Below, in pieces: positions 12,922 through 26,400 of a stretch of DNA of 64,000 nucleotides. The notes beneath the pieces were generated by a model. That model worked only from the letters and a program-made list of their open reading frames with translations. It did no database searches and was not told the DNA's origin. Each line of letters starts with the position of its first letter. Position 1 is the stretch's first letter. Source of the DNA: Lama glama (lineage: Eukaryota); assembly GCA_028534125.1 (NCBI GenBank), contig CM052816.1:90770001-90834000 (forward strand), read 5' to 3'. A program made the position numbers and the translations under genes.

Positions 12922-15185
12922 AAGGAGTACTTATCTTTAACATACTCTGTCCTTCCTATCTAGTCATCTGTGAGCTTCCAGAACATTCTATTGTTCCCTC
13001 AAATTATTTTAGCATGACTTATCTCACTGTTCATTCAATCCTCTACCATCATCTTTTCCAATATTAATGCTTATGCTACAGATATTCCTAATACATAGGT
13101 CTCACAATTGCTCAATTTCTTCTTTATTAAAGAAGTTTTCATCTCCATTCCAGTTAAGATACTGAGTGAGACTGGCAACCACTCGAATCCACCAGTCACC
13201 AAGATACCATACTCTAGTTTTCTTTGTCTTCTTTTCTTCCCCCTTCTCTTGACCCAAGTATAGTAGTTCTGTCATGATGAATTCTAGTCTTTGACCCCAT
13301 CATTATTATCCATACCTCTGCTTCCAATCATAAATGCTGAACTTCCAGCTCACCCCAATGGCTATTTCACTAAATGCTAAGGAACAGATAGAAGAATGAG
13401 ATACTGAGTACCCCGAGTCTCAGGTCTCTAAAGGGGAAGGAGAGTTGTGATAAACACCCAGGATGAACAGCATGGAGAAATGCCTCTATGCCCTTTCTCT
13501 GTCTCTTTCTTGTGCTTTATCCAAATGAAGTCCAGAGTCCTCTCTCCAGGCCTGTTCCCACGCTGGGGGACATCCGGCTCAGAGCAGCAGGCCTGCAGGC
13601 TGTGTTTCTGGAAACAGACCTGGAAGTCCACACGTACAGCTCACTTTCTCCTGTACAGAGTGTGATGTGAAGCAGCTACTGACTGCTGTGGAATCAGCAT
13701 TGCTCCAGATGGATCTAAGGTCCAGACTCAGGGGACTGTGTTTATGCAGGTGTAGGGTAGGGGTAGTAGGGCTTGCTGAATAATTTCTTAAGTCAAGGTG
13801 GAGCTTGCCCACCTTGCATGCCCCAACAAAGCATATCAGAAGTCTTGTCCGTGGAGGTAGAAGGTATACACCAGCCTCTAATTCTCATCTGAGTCCCTGT
13901 CTGATCAGGAGCCCAAGAATAAAGAAGGACAAAGTATAAAACTCAGACCCTGGCCTGAATATATAGCCTCAGAAGAGACACATTATATAAAAATCAATGT
14001 ATTAGCCTGTGTGAGTATGTATATGTGTGTTATATGATATGGTAATAGCATATGTATTCATTGCTATGGAAGCAAAGAAAAACGAATGAATAAGCTAAAA
14101 CTCCCTTTACTCAGGGATAGGTGGGATATAGGAAAGAAGAAAAGATCAAGAAAGACTTCCAAGATGAATAATGCCTGTGCTGAATCTTGGGAACATGAAA
14201 AAGTTAGCCAGCAAAGAAATGAGGAGGACTTATCAGGCAAAGGAAGAGCATGAGCAAAATATGGAATCAAGGGAAATCACAGCACTTTCAGGAATTTTAA
14301 GTAGTTTGGATATGACAAGGGTATTTGACAGGGAGTGGTTCAAAAAAAAAACAAGATGAAGAGACAGAGGCCAATTCACAGAGGCCTTTAGAACTAAATT
14401 TTTTCAAGTTTTGGTCTTGAATCATTAATGGACTGTGGATTCAATTTAGTGAGTCATGACCTTTTTAAAATGGAAAACTTCAGAGTATTTTTGCACTCAG
14501 TAAATCTAAATAATTTTTTCCATGAAACTTGGGTAGGGAAATTGGTACTTGTGTGTGTTTACTGGCTCATTGTGTAAAATGCATTTGTCATCATAAGGTG
14601 ATGGCTCTCCTCTGGGGGATGGCCAATGAAAATTCTCCACCTTCTCCACCTTGAAGATGCCCACCACAGTCAATGAGTCCTATGCAGGACACACAGCTGC
14701 CAATCAGCTTGCTTGGTGCCTCCCTCTGTCTTCACCTAGCTAGCTATTTAGTGTGTAAAAGTAGTAAGCACTATAATCTCCAGGGTATTTTGCATCTTAA
14801 AAATAAGCCTCTGTCCTTAGTTCTAACTTACATCTTAGAAAATATCTTTTGGTCATCAATAGATGAACATCTCATGAATAAAAATATCATTGTTTCTTTT
14901 CATAAGTACAACCAATAGATCAGTAGGTTAGCACAGGAAATTATTTACATCCTGTTTTATTTAGGTGCTTTAATAATTTCTAAATCATTGTGCCTCACAA
15001 TTGGACATATTTAAATAACCAAAAGTCATCAGATATTTGAAGAAAGCCTCCAGGACAAAAGCCAAAAGCCAATATCAACAAACAAACAAACAAAAAAAAA
15101 ACAAAGAAGAAACAGAGGCAATCCTGAGAACAGAATGAATTTTGTCAACTGCAGTTAATATCCTTAGGAAGAGAAGAGAAGCTCT

Positions 15186-15674
15186 TATAACAGAGAAGAA
15201 CAAACCTGACGCCATATTAGATCTCTAACCCTTGTGCGCCGTGGCCTGTGCTCAGTCCTGCTGGCTCTGCACCCCTGTAAAAGAACCTACAGCCCGAAAT
15301 ATACACGATAGCCCATTCTCAAGACTTTGAAGTTTAAAGGTATAACATCTTCTCATTCATGTAGAGATAAACAGCTGCAGAACAGAGAATAACATTTGTC
15401 TTGTTGGAGGCTTATAGGACCATTGTGACCAGACTTACATGGACAGCTGCAAGAACAAAGGATTCTGGCACCACGAAGTTTGCAACAACCAGCCATGCCT
15501 CCTCCCCTTTTAGCATAAAAGAAACCTGAATTCTAACCCAAGTAAAGTGGTTCTTTAGGACTCCAGTCCACCACCTTCTCAGTCTGCTGGCTTTCCAAAT
15601 CAAGTCGCAACAACTCATCTGTCGATTTATCAGCTTGTCCTGCAGCAACCGGTACAAGCTTGGACTTGATAACA
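15186..15674 (+). mobile_element. ERV1-like solo LTR (copy 3, opposite orientation)
   Basis: Reverse complement of copies 1 and 2; flanks CTCT/CTAT; ends GATAACA. Confidence 0.8.
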
Positions 15675-15689
15675 CTATTAATCCATTAA

Positions 15690-16455
15690 AAGAGATGAAG
15701 TCATTAGAGAAAGAAAAATAGATGTTGGAAATAAAAAAGATGATTGGGGGGGGGGAATACTCAGGAGATGGGTTGAAAGATAAAGTTGAGAAATATCTCC
15801 AAACCAGATTAAAATTCTGAAACTACTATATATGTATAACTGGAATTGAACAATTGAATGAATGGGTGGCAGGTGGTGGGAGCCAGGTTCCTCTCTGCTG
15901 GAGTGGGAGGTTACAGATAAACAAGGGAAGGAGGCTGGAGTAACCCATGAGGTACTGGATTAGTTGGAGACATCAGTATGAACACATTTTTAGCTTAATA
16001 TAAAGACAGATATATATATATATATAAATATTTATAAATGTATGTATATACAAGGGTTCAAATATACACAGGTATTTCCTTGCTCTGTTGGCTGAAAGGA
16101 CCACCTAGAAGCAAAGGAAGCCTAGTAGAACAAGCACGCCTTACACTCAGATCTTGGTTTCCAGAACCAAGATTAAAAAGAGAATCCTTCACTAAAAGAA
16201 AGTATGCCCCTTACAGACATGGCTGATTTTAGCACTGACGTAGGGACTGCACAATATGAAAGTGGAGCGTATTCTTATAGCGCCAGGAAATAGGAAGTGC
16301 TGTGAAAAGGACGTGGAAGGGGTGTGTCAAAAGGACAGTTGCCACTGCAAGTCTCAAAGGACAAAGCTGAAGCAATTTAAGTAACATAATAAAGTAGCAT
16401 TGGATTATAATCCAAATTAGTAAATAAATATCCAGGAGTACATACTCTTACATAT

Positions 16456-16505
<50 letters not shown>

Positions 16506-17295
16506 CAGACAGATGACAGATAACAGTAGACAAATCTCTCATGTGAAAATCTGAATAATTTATGTACCTGTTCCACCCTTAGGTATTGGAGGAACATAAC
16601 TATCCTTTAAGTTTAGGTGACTCATAAAAACTTTCTGCCAGAGTGTAATATGAAAGGAAGTCACTTTTTGGTGTAGAAATCATACATAAAAACCCCTCTG
16701 TCCTTCCTGTCTTGTCACCTATAGGTGTGTAGAATCCCCTGCAGAGCCGGTAATCTGACAGTCACCACCTCAGCCTGGTGATGAGGTTAAACTCAAGAGC
16801 CAGAATTCATACTGACAGTATGTACCCATGATGCCGTGTGCTGAGAATGGCACGTTCTCCCTCCCCGCCAGGAACTCAGAACTCCATTCAAATCATGAAA
16901 AAAACATCAGATGGATCCCAACAGAGGGACGTTCTACAAAATACTTGACCAGTTCTCCTTGAGTCTGTCAATGACGTCAAAACAAAATAAGGAAAGTCGG
17001 AGAAACTGTCACAGCCAAGAGGAGCCCAAGGAGACAAAACTAGATAAAATGTGGTGTCCTGGATGGGATCCTGGAACAGGAAACTAATATTAAGTAAAGA
17101 GCTAAGGAAATGTGAATAAAGGATGAATACCGATCAATATTGGTTGATTAATTTTGACAAATGTACCGTTACTAATGTAAGACATTATCAATAAGGCAGA
17201 GTGAGCATGCAGGATTTGTAAATTCACAGTACTAGGTTCAAAACTTTCACGTATATCTAAAACCATCTTAAAATTTAAATTTAAATTAATTTTCT
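15690..17295 (+). mobile_element. Old L1 (L1MC/MD-type) 3' region
   Basis: GAGAAACTGTCACAGCCAAGAGGAGCC, GGATGGGATCCTGGAACAG and ACAAATGTACC motifs. Confidence 0.65.
16457..16513. repeat. (GATA)n/(GACA)n tetranucleotide repeat
   Basis: Directly visible. Confidence 0.95.
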
Positions 17296-18120
17296 TTTTA
17301 AAAAATCCTAGAATGTAGGTTATAGGGAAGACCTGTGGTTGGTATCTTACCCAATGCTGAGACATAATTAAACATTTCCAGTGTAATAAGATACAGGGCC
17401 TTTGTTTTAGAATTCATCTAAAAATGCTGCAGTATATTCAGACTTAGAATTTATGGGGACACAACACACAACACACAAAGTGTACTAACTAAACAAACAA
17501 ACAAACAAACGAGGCCCTTAACACCACTCTGCAGAGAAAGTGTTGTAATGAAAAGCCTAGGACAATATAAGATAACCAAGCTTCTGGGCTAAATTAGGTG
17601 AAGTGCATTAGACAAGCCTCCGGGCTTGGATTCTAGTTTGTGTGATCTCGGCTAACACATCAGACACCTCCAGGCCTAAAGATTCCCAATCTGAACAATG
17701 GGTGAGATGATCTTAAACAATTCCTAATGTTCTTTAACCTTCTGATCACCCAGAAAGCCATCAAGGGTTCTGTGGAGAACCAAGAAGTACCCTGACCTCG
17801 TGTGCAAAGGGCTTAGGTTAGAAAGTGGAAAATAACCTACCGACAGTAAGAGTTGATTGGCTTGAATGGGGCCATTTTTAAGTGTCTTCAGGAATAATCT
17901 GGACATTTTATGACTTTGTACCCAAACGTTTTTATCAGAAACAAAGAGGACTGGCTGACTGTGGACATTGTTTTGCCCCTAAAAGCCCCAAAAGGAAATA
18001 CATAGCAGAATTTCAGAAGGTTTCCAAAGAATACCCCAAAACCTTCACATCTCAAGCCGCATTTGGTTTTAGTCTAAAAATATTTACCTTTCTTTTTTCG
18101 ATATTGCCTTCGGTCTTCAG

Positions 18121-18548
18121 TGTAAAGAGACCTGAAATACGGACTGTCACCTCATTTGACGTTTGACTCCTGACGGGTCTCAAGCGTCACCACTCCCCCT
18201 TCTGCGTCTGCCCCCTCCCCATCTTGGCCAGCTGATAGGAAAGGCCAGGTGCTCCCCTCTCTGACACCAGTGGGAGGTTCAAACCGAACAAGCTCTGGGA
18301 CTCAGGTGGAAATCCTCGCCTCTGCTACCTCCTAATACAGTGAAAAGCCACGCTGGTCTCCTTTCCCTGCTCTCTGAAGCCAACTTTGTACCCACTTGGG
18401 AGCCTGCCCTGCTCTCCCCAGAAAGCCTCACTGTGTGAGTGATAAAACTTCCCACACCCTCTTGCTGCTTGTGTGGTATCATCAGCCCCCACATCGAAAC
18501 CGCATTTTGGGTGGGATTCCATCCTGCTTTTACCAGGTGACCGCAAGA
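18121..18548 (+). mobile_element. Ancient ERV LTR (family unassigned)
   Basis: TGTAAAGA start, degenerate polyA signal GATAAA, LTR-like 3' end GGGTGGGATTCCATCCTG..GTGACCGCAA. Confidence 0.5.
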
Positions 18549-19848
18549 AAGGGGAACTTTTCTCTCTTTTGTTTTCATGAAATGAACAAGACCGACTCAT
18601 TTTCCAGGTGATTCCCACTTACAATTACTGTACCATCTCATAAATCATCCTGACAGGCCCGTGCCTAGAGGTAAATGACAATAGTAAGTCATGTGTTTTA
18701 GAAAGAAGACACCCATCTGTTTAAAGCGCCCATTTGGGTCTTGACACAGGTTTATTTAGTTAGAACAAGAGCAAGACGGCAAGTCCATTTCCATCTGTTA
18801 ATAGACAAACACTAGAAGGTCCTTAGAGACTTACAGACAGTCTGTTCATAATGTCGGCCGGATTCAAGACAACCCATCAGTCCGGAATGAAAAAATTTCC
18901 AAGGGTCTGATCATTTGACAGAAACTCTGACAAAGAAAGGATTAGATTAGGCTTTAGCCCTCAGGATTTTTAAAATAGGAAAGAGCACAGCTGCATTTAG
19001 ATCATCAGAGAGTGTTCATTATTTAGCAACTCCTTTTAGAACTGTTTGCACTACAGGTGCAACAAGAGAATGTTAATTTTATCTGCCAGGGCATTTCCAT
19101 TTTGTATACGTGTGTGTCATATGATTCTTTCTTAAAAGCCTAGCTTGAAAAGCTTCAGTTAAAATGTTTCTATTGAGGTAAAACTGGGGCAAAATATTTT
19201 TATTCTTGTCCATGGTCAGTAGGGTACTCTGCTATGTATGTAAAGCAGAGAATTTTCTCATTAATATTTCTAAGCTCTGGAATGTTTCCGTTTTCAGCTG
19301 GATTAAAAATAAAAGACACCATAATAGCCCCAACAAAGTATTTCTACCGGGATAAGAGTAATAAGGGACGGAAGGCGCTCCACTGGGATTATTGAATTAC
19401 ATCCATGGAAAACCACCAACGCGATCCAGGCGACATTCAAGTTTGCCGTTAAAAGTAATATCTGGTTGCCTTGTGCTGAGGTCAGGCTAATCTGGATAAG
19501 AAAGAAAAATGCTGTAAAAAAAATAAAAGAAAGAATGAAAAGAAAGACAATATTCCCCTTGTTGGCTTGTTCCTTAGATTGGGGCCCGTCCAGTCTATAC
19601 ACCCTGCTGCTTCCTGCTGGCGTGGTGGGAATCAATCCACTCTTTGTAGATATTAAGAAATTGTGGAGGCATTAAAAAGGGAAACCCTGAATAGATCTAA
19701 TGTAGTTGGAGACAAAGGATTTAAGTGATTTAGAGGGAGAGGGCAAGAGGAAAGCTGGTCAGGATCTGGGGTGGCTCGTCTCCCCTTGGAGGGAGCTGGG
19801 GACTATGAGGTCACGTAGGAGCCCAGAGATCACTCCTTTTTCCACTAC

Positions 19849-20830
19849 TGTTAATGTTGTATGTCGCCAACCAAATGCAAACAATTGATTTCACTTAGGA
19901 CTAAATTGAAAGGGGATTTTTCATACCGAGCAGTACCCTGTGGGCCTACTGCCTCCCCAACTTCTGCCTCTTGTTTATAGAAAAGCTGTTCTCCCAGGCC
20001 TCCCTGAGTCATTGAAGAGCAGGCTCAAGCTATTGATGAGGACAAGCCTGCAGGCACTGGGGGATGACAGTGACTCTGACCACCTATCTCAACGATTAAC
20101 TGAGATAATTCTTCATTTCCCTTTAGATCTTTCAGGGCTGAAGAGAATCTTTGCGGATTTTTTTGCGGGGTATGTGGGGTCCACCAGATTGCAGCCATTC
20201 TGGTTAGAAGCAACTTTCCTTCTTGTTACCAAGCTGTTGCCCCCAGGATCATGCCCCTGTGCCTTCCTCAACTAAACAATTACTCTTACCTAGGTCTCAG
20301 GAGGCAGTTCCAATGAAACAAAATAAGAACTGCTTAGAACCCACAGAGTCCAAGATGGTGGAGAGTTTGACTTCCAGTGGACCTTGAGCCTCATTATGTG
20401 CTCATTGCAATGTATTAGCATGCTAAGTGACACACCCACCAACGCCATGACAGTTGACGATTGCCATGACAACAACTGGAAAAACCCACACAAGGGCTGA
20501 GAAGACATGCAAGGGCTGATTGTCTCCACCCACACCCAGAAGGAGGACATAATGGCAGAAGCCTCCTGTAAAAGTCTACGTGGCCTGACCCGTCCAGAGC
20601 TGTCTCTACCAGCCAGCTTGTCTGAGGGCTCCCGGCTCAAGCGTTTCCTTTCCCTGCTCAAGCGAATTTTTTTTCCTTCTCCCTGCTCAAGCACTCTCCT
20701 TCCTTTTCCTCTTTTGAGAAATAAAAGCAGCCTTTTCATTTTGCCTCCAGGAACAAATCTTTCACAGCCTGCGTCAAAGACCCACACTTTGGTGGGCCTC
20801 CTAATTTAGGGGTCTCACTGTCTGCTAACA
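19849..20830 (+). mobile_element. ERV LTR-like element (5' boundary uncertain)
   Basis: CCAAGATGG motif, GCCATGACA repeats, AATAAA at ~20720, ends CTGCTAACA. Confidence 0.55.
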
Positions 20831-22119
20831 CTGTAACAAAACACCTGAGATGCAAAGCTTCTTAAATGTTCCACTTTTAATTAGCCTTTGTGTGTGTCTG
20901 TGCCATTTACTCATCCTGCATGCGGTTGTGGGGATATAGTTTCCTTCCCTTTTTGGGGAACGCAAGCTCTGTATACCTCAGTATTAAGGAGCACATCTAT
21001 TTTAGCTCCAAGGTACAAAACTGTTTTAATGATGATTTAACCTTAAGCCAATTTTGACTGTTAAAAGGTTTCATTCCATACTAGAGAATAAAACTGAGAA
21101 GACTTTTTTCTTTTTAAGTGAACGACCAAAACATCATTTTGCTAAAGCAATAAACCTCAACTGTAAATCATGCCACGCTGTAAGTAGGTCACTGAAAACT
21201 AAAATGATATCAGATGTAGTCTAGGATTTCAGTTCAGTAAGATTATCTTTTTGTAATTGCTGTAAAAAAAACTGTTTTTACTAAAAGCTTGGGGGAACGT
21301 TAGAGTGTTTTTAAAGCTATGTTATAAGCAGAAAATTATTCTTCTCACGCCAAGTATTTATAAAAGCCCATCGGTTTACCTTCCTGCTCTAGTAAAGTTG
21401 TACACTGGATAGAGTTTTACTGACGTAATACGCTGTGGGTCCTGTGGTGCCAGCAATCATTATTATTTCTTTTAGGGGTAATAATAGTATTTTGTTTATG
21501 AGAGAGTGAGAGAGAATCCTTATCTTTCAGGGATACAGGCTGACACGTTTACAAATTTTTTTTAATCGAGTTTTATTTGATCCAACAGGTATTCAGGGGG
21601 ATTACGTCCAGGAATTTTCCCTGACTATTCCTCCTCACCCTCTCCCCAGCACCTAAGCTTCCCCGCCGTTACATCTCAGTGATACCTTTAAAACATCTCT
21701 GTCTCTGCACCTACATGTTGCATGGCAGTCTCTTTATGTGAGTGTCTTTGCCACTAGGCTGAGCATCACAGTAAGTCAGGTCATAACTGACTTGGTATCC
21801 CCAATGCCTGGCATGTGGGGTCTCAGCAAATGAGTAAATGCGGGAATGACTCATTAAAACCAGTATTTTATTTCCAGCAATATATGCGTATCACGGCCAT
21901 GGAGGGTTTTTTCTCTTTTTCTCCACTTTATTGAGGTGTAACTGACAAACAAAATTGTAATGTATTTAAAGTGCTCAATGTGATGATTTGATATAGCTGT
22001 TGAGTTTTGAACTCTCCAATGTAGGTACTAAAGGGTCTCTAATTCCCAGGCAACAGAACCCCCACAACAGCTTTCACGCTCACTGTTTAGACATGTCCTC
22101 CCCGAAAGAGGCAATGATT

Positions 22120-22370
22120 AATGGTAATAATAACTAACTTTTACAGCCCAGTTCCTACAGGCCAGGCTCTGTTCGGAGCACTTCACGTGTTTCAAACCAC
22201 ATTTCACAATAACCTATGATGTAAGATCTATTGCAATCATCCTCCATTTAGAGATGACAATTCCAAGGCACAGAGACGTGGGCAAATGCCTGAGATCTCA
22301 TCTTGTAAGAGCGGACCTGGAATTCATGCCAGGAAGTCTGGCTCCAGAAGATCTTTGCTCGACTACGTTC
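22120..22370 (-). mobile_element. MIR SINE
   Basis: CACAATAACCTATGA..CCATTTAGAGATGA..AGGCACAGAGA core. Confidence 0.7.
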
Positions 22371-23259
22371 AACAGCATCCCTAAGATGACCAGATTCCTG
22401 CTAACCTAGTACTGTGGACTTCACAGAAAACAGCAATTCTTAGCCATGGCACTTCCAAGCACCTGGTTCATAAGTTATTCATCCCAACTAGAAAACACTC
22501 GTAAATAAATGCCACCTTAGGAAGATAAATCATAAGTATATCGTTATCAGAATAACTTGACTTTCTTCAGTTATTTAGTCGAGTCAATCAAATCGCTTCA
22601 CACTTGAGTCCAGATTTTTGCCCAGATGCTTAAAGAGTGTCTTGGCTTAGGATGAGATCAGAAGTGGCACTGACCCCATCTGTCAGACATCCGTCATCTG
22701 GCTGGGATCAACACCAGACTCCTGATTTAGCTCTTTCCTTTCCACCTCTTGCCCCCAGATGGGTATGCCTCCTTGTTTGGAATAACACCACAGTTAATCA
22801 AGGTTACAAAAACACTGAACATTCCTCCCTCGTTGGAGGAATTTGGGGTTGGTCAAAATCATTGTTGAACAAAATATCCAAGATAGAGTGGGATAGAATT
22901 TACTTGACCCCTTTATCTTCCCCCCGAGGAAGAAAGAGTCTGACTCCAGGATTCTTGGCTCGACCATTACTCAAGCCACAAATACTCCAGTTATCCAGTG
23001 AGTCAGCGGCCTTCAACCACACTTTAAATAAAGGCCTTCTATCATGATATTTTTCACATGTGTTTTACTCCCAGTTGTGTACCCTATAAATGCTAAGCTG
23101 TTGAAATGACTTTCCTCATTTCTCTCTGTAGAGATACACCCAACAGTCATTTAGGAGGGTTCTTGCCTCTTCTCTGCTAAGACCCAAACATCAAACATTC
23201 TAGTTAATTCAACGGTAACCAATTCTAACATTACTCATTTTCTCTTTTTCTTTTTCCTT

Positions 23260-23480
23260 TTTTTGCATGTATTTATTGTGGTAAAATATGTGTATACATA
23301 AAAAGTACCATTTTAGCCATTTTTAAGCGCACACTGCAGTGGCATCAAGTATGTACTTTGTTGTGCAACCATCACCACCATCCATCTCCGGAACTGGTTC
23401 CGTCTGCCCAAACTGAAACCCTGTCCGCATCTTCCTGCCTAGTCCCTAGTGATCAGCTAGCTCCTTTCTGTCTCTATGAC
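23260..23480 (-). mobile_element. L1MB-type 3' end fragment
   Basis: T-rich head; GTTGTGCAACCATCACCACCATCCATCTCC; CTTTCTGTCTCTATGA. Confidence 0.75.
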
Positions 23481-26400
23481 TTTGTCCTTTGCTTTTTTTG
23501 ATGTTTTCAATAAAGGCGATAATCATTAGAAGAGTAATGCGTTACTAAAACGAGAAAGCCTCTATCTTTTTATACTTAATTTTCCATTTTTCAACGTTCA
23601 ATTATTAAATTTACAAATGCTGTTGGTTCTGATTCTGTTTCAGTCTACTTGCCCACCAGACTGCCTTGGGTGCCTTTTAATGGTTCTTAATCAGTTATAG
23701 GGCAGGAAAGAGAAAAGGGCTTTCTTCATGGACACAGTTTGCCACGGATCATTAAGAATTGTCTACATTTGAGGCAGTTGATTGATTTCCCATGAAAAGC
23801 TTTACCCACTTATTTATGAAGCTCTTTAATAAATAGCATTGTCCCTTCCTCATATGTCTTTGAGCAATTACATCAGAAAACAGGCAACATAAAAAACCTC
23901 AGAAGGGGATAATCAGGGAGAATTAGTCAGAAATGAGCAACCAGTAAAGCAACTTCTCAGCCCCCGAGGGCAAACGGTGAGGCAGAGGACGGCTATTGTT
24001 CTGTGCTAAAGGCCAAGAGAACCCCAGGCAGCACCTGGTTTCCAAGGCAGAGGGGCAGGTCCCGGAGCCCTGCAGCCGAGCTCACATGCTTGACTTTGGG
24101 CCTGAAGAACAAACTCCTTAAGAAAGAGTCCTTTTTCGCTCTCATACAAATAGGGGGGGAAAAAAAGAGTTTGGATGGTAAAAAATCTATCCTAATCCCA
24201 GATCCCTCTGCTCTGTCAAAAAGTAGAAATAAAAAGGGGGTTGGGAGCCAGTGAGGAATAGGGGTGTAGCTCTCCAGTGAGTTTTCAAGGGTCTAATTTT
24301 ATAAAATGCCTTTTATTATCATTAGTGATTTGTTTTAGAAAGTATCTCTCACTCCCAAATCCTGGAGTGACGCTACATGTACTTTTAAGGTCTTTAAACA
24401 ACCTTTCTATGAGTTGTGTTTTATTAAACACACACACACATATGTAGCACATTAAGTATCATTTATACGTGGTGCATGTGGGTACGAGCGTAGAGAGAGA
24501 CCTAAAAAGTGGATTCACAAATGAACCACTGTTTCTGGCTGTTACCCTCTTACTAAGCAAACTATGAAGAAAGAGGACTTCTGCCTCGGTGAAATTCTCC
24601 TTAGGATAAAAGGCCACACATCGATCATTCAGTAGTCCCACAACCCCTTCAATTTGGTCCTGAGAACATTCCTGATGGGGTAATTACAGGGGACTGTCCA
24701 TGAGAGCAGTCTCTGCTCCCCGTTCTACACGCTAATTATCCTTCCAAGGAGCGGGGTGTTGCCTGGAGGTTCTTCCATCCAGACCCCCCCAACCACTTTC
24801 CTCAGAGGAGAGCATTCATCTGTTCCTTCCAGCCCAGGCCGAAACTATCTTGAATAGCCTGACTGGAGACTCTTGACAAGTCTGAAAACAATCGAATTTG
24901 TGGTGTGACTTTCTCCCTGGAAAGCAGAGAGAAGAGATTTTACAGAGATTTCAAACTCCTTTCCAGTGACAACGCCAAAGAGCCATTGCTCTTGAAAAGT
25001 GATCAAAGTCCCAAACAGTTTTATAGTAAATCTGTCACCCAGAACCACCAAACGCTCATTGAAATAAAACAGAATCTCTGGGGGGGGGGGGGAACAAAAC
25101 CTCACCAAGCAAACTAAAAGGACAGAAGGATGTGATGACAAAGCTTAGAGCCCTTAATCTTTTTAGACAAAACAACAATAGAGTTCACGTCAAATATTTC
25201 CATGTTTCTTCCCTGGACTGGTCCCACCTAAGCTGTTTCTGTCTTCTGGAAGTGGTTCCCCCCACCCTCTCCTTGCTTATCCTAACATCTAAATGTAACC
25301 TCAAAGAGAACACAGTATCTCAAATCCCAAATGTTGTTCTCTGTTAGACCCTGTTCTCTCTCCAGCTGAGAAGTTCATCATATCCTAATTTAGTAGCTAT
25401 TCTTTTTCAAGTTGCAGTAAACATCATAATAGACACAAACACACAGCTTGCAGGTAGTGAGAACATCGCTGCCAAAAATATCACAAGCGCCCCGCTGGCA
25501 AACTTCCTTTCTCTGACTTCCTTCAGTATTTCAGGGACGTGTGAGCATTTGCCTTCCACGTGACAAAGCACACTGCAGTCCTTCATGGAGTTATGTCCCT
25601 CTCGCTTTCCTGCTCAATCTCCTGTGTCTGTGGCTGGAGGCTGTGGGCCAGTGACCTGGGCTCACCACTGGTTCAGGGCTGAGTGTCCATTAAGGGGAGA
25701 GAAGAGGTTGTTTGTAAACGGAGTCTGCCAGGTTAAGTGCCTTGCTCCGTAAGATGTAATGAGTATCCAATCGACACAGAGATCAATTGTTAAAATGGTT
25801 TATTGGAGAACAGAACATTAACAGCTTTGGAAGAGAGGAGAAAATATCTCCCTTCTCCCTCCCAGCTGTCTGGCAGCAAGCGCCCTGATTCTGCTTGGAG
25901 AGGACAGAGCACAGCCCAGGGACCATCTCCCACGCCCTGGATGTCGCAAAGCCCCCAGCCTGGGCTGCAAGACAGAAAAGGGATTTATAAGCAACACATT
26001 TTAAACCTTTTAGATTTTGCTATTCCACTTACTTGAAGCTCTTTAATAAGAAGCAAAATATAACTACTTTTAAAAAGTTCTCTTCATGTGTATCTCAGTA
26101 CACAAGTACAGCCAAAGACAATTCTGTCTTCCTGTAATTTTAAATCTGTAAATTCTTGGAAGTTATTGTAAATTCTTGGAAGCTGGAGACTAAGACTAAT
26201 TGGTCTGTATGATCCCCAGGGTCTTGGCAGAATTATTTGGTTGGTTCTGAATTAATCTTTCTTTTGTTCTTTTAAAAAACATTGAAACTTTTCCTTTTCT
26301 TGTCCATTTCCATCAATTTCCTCTTCTTTCAATTCTGTAGCTCTCTCCTATCTCTGTTTTCTATCTTAATTCCTCTGCACACATATCAACCCATCTCTCT

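Noticed and set aside
20290..20809. 165-aa and 100-aa ORFs
   Set aside because: They lie within an LTR-like element; no recognisable protein.
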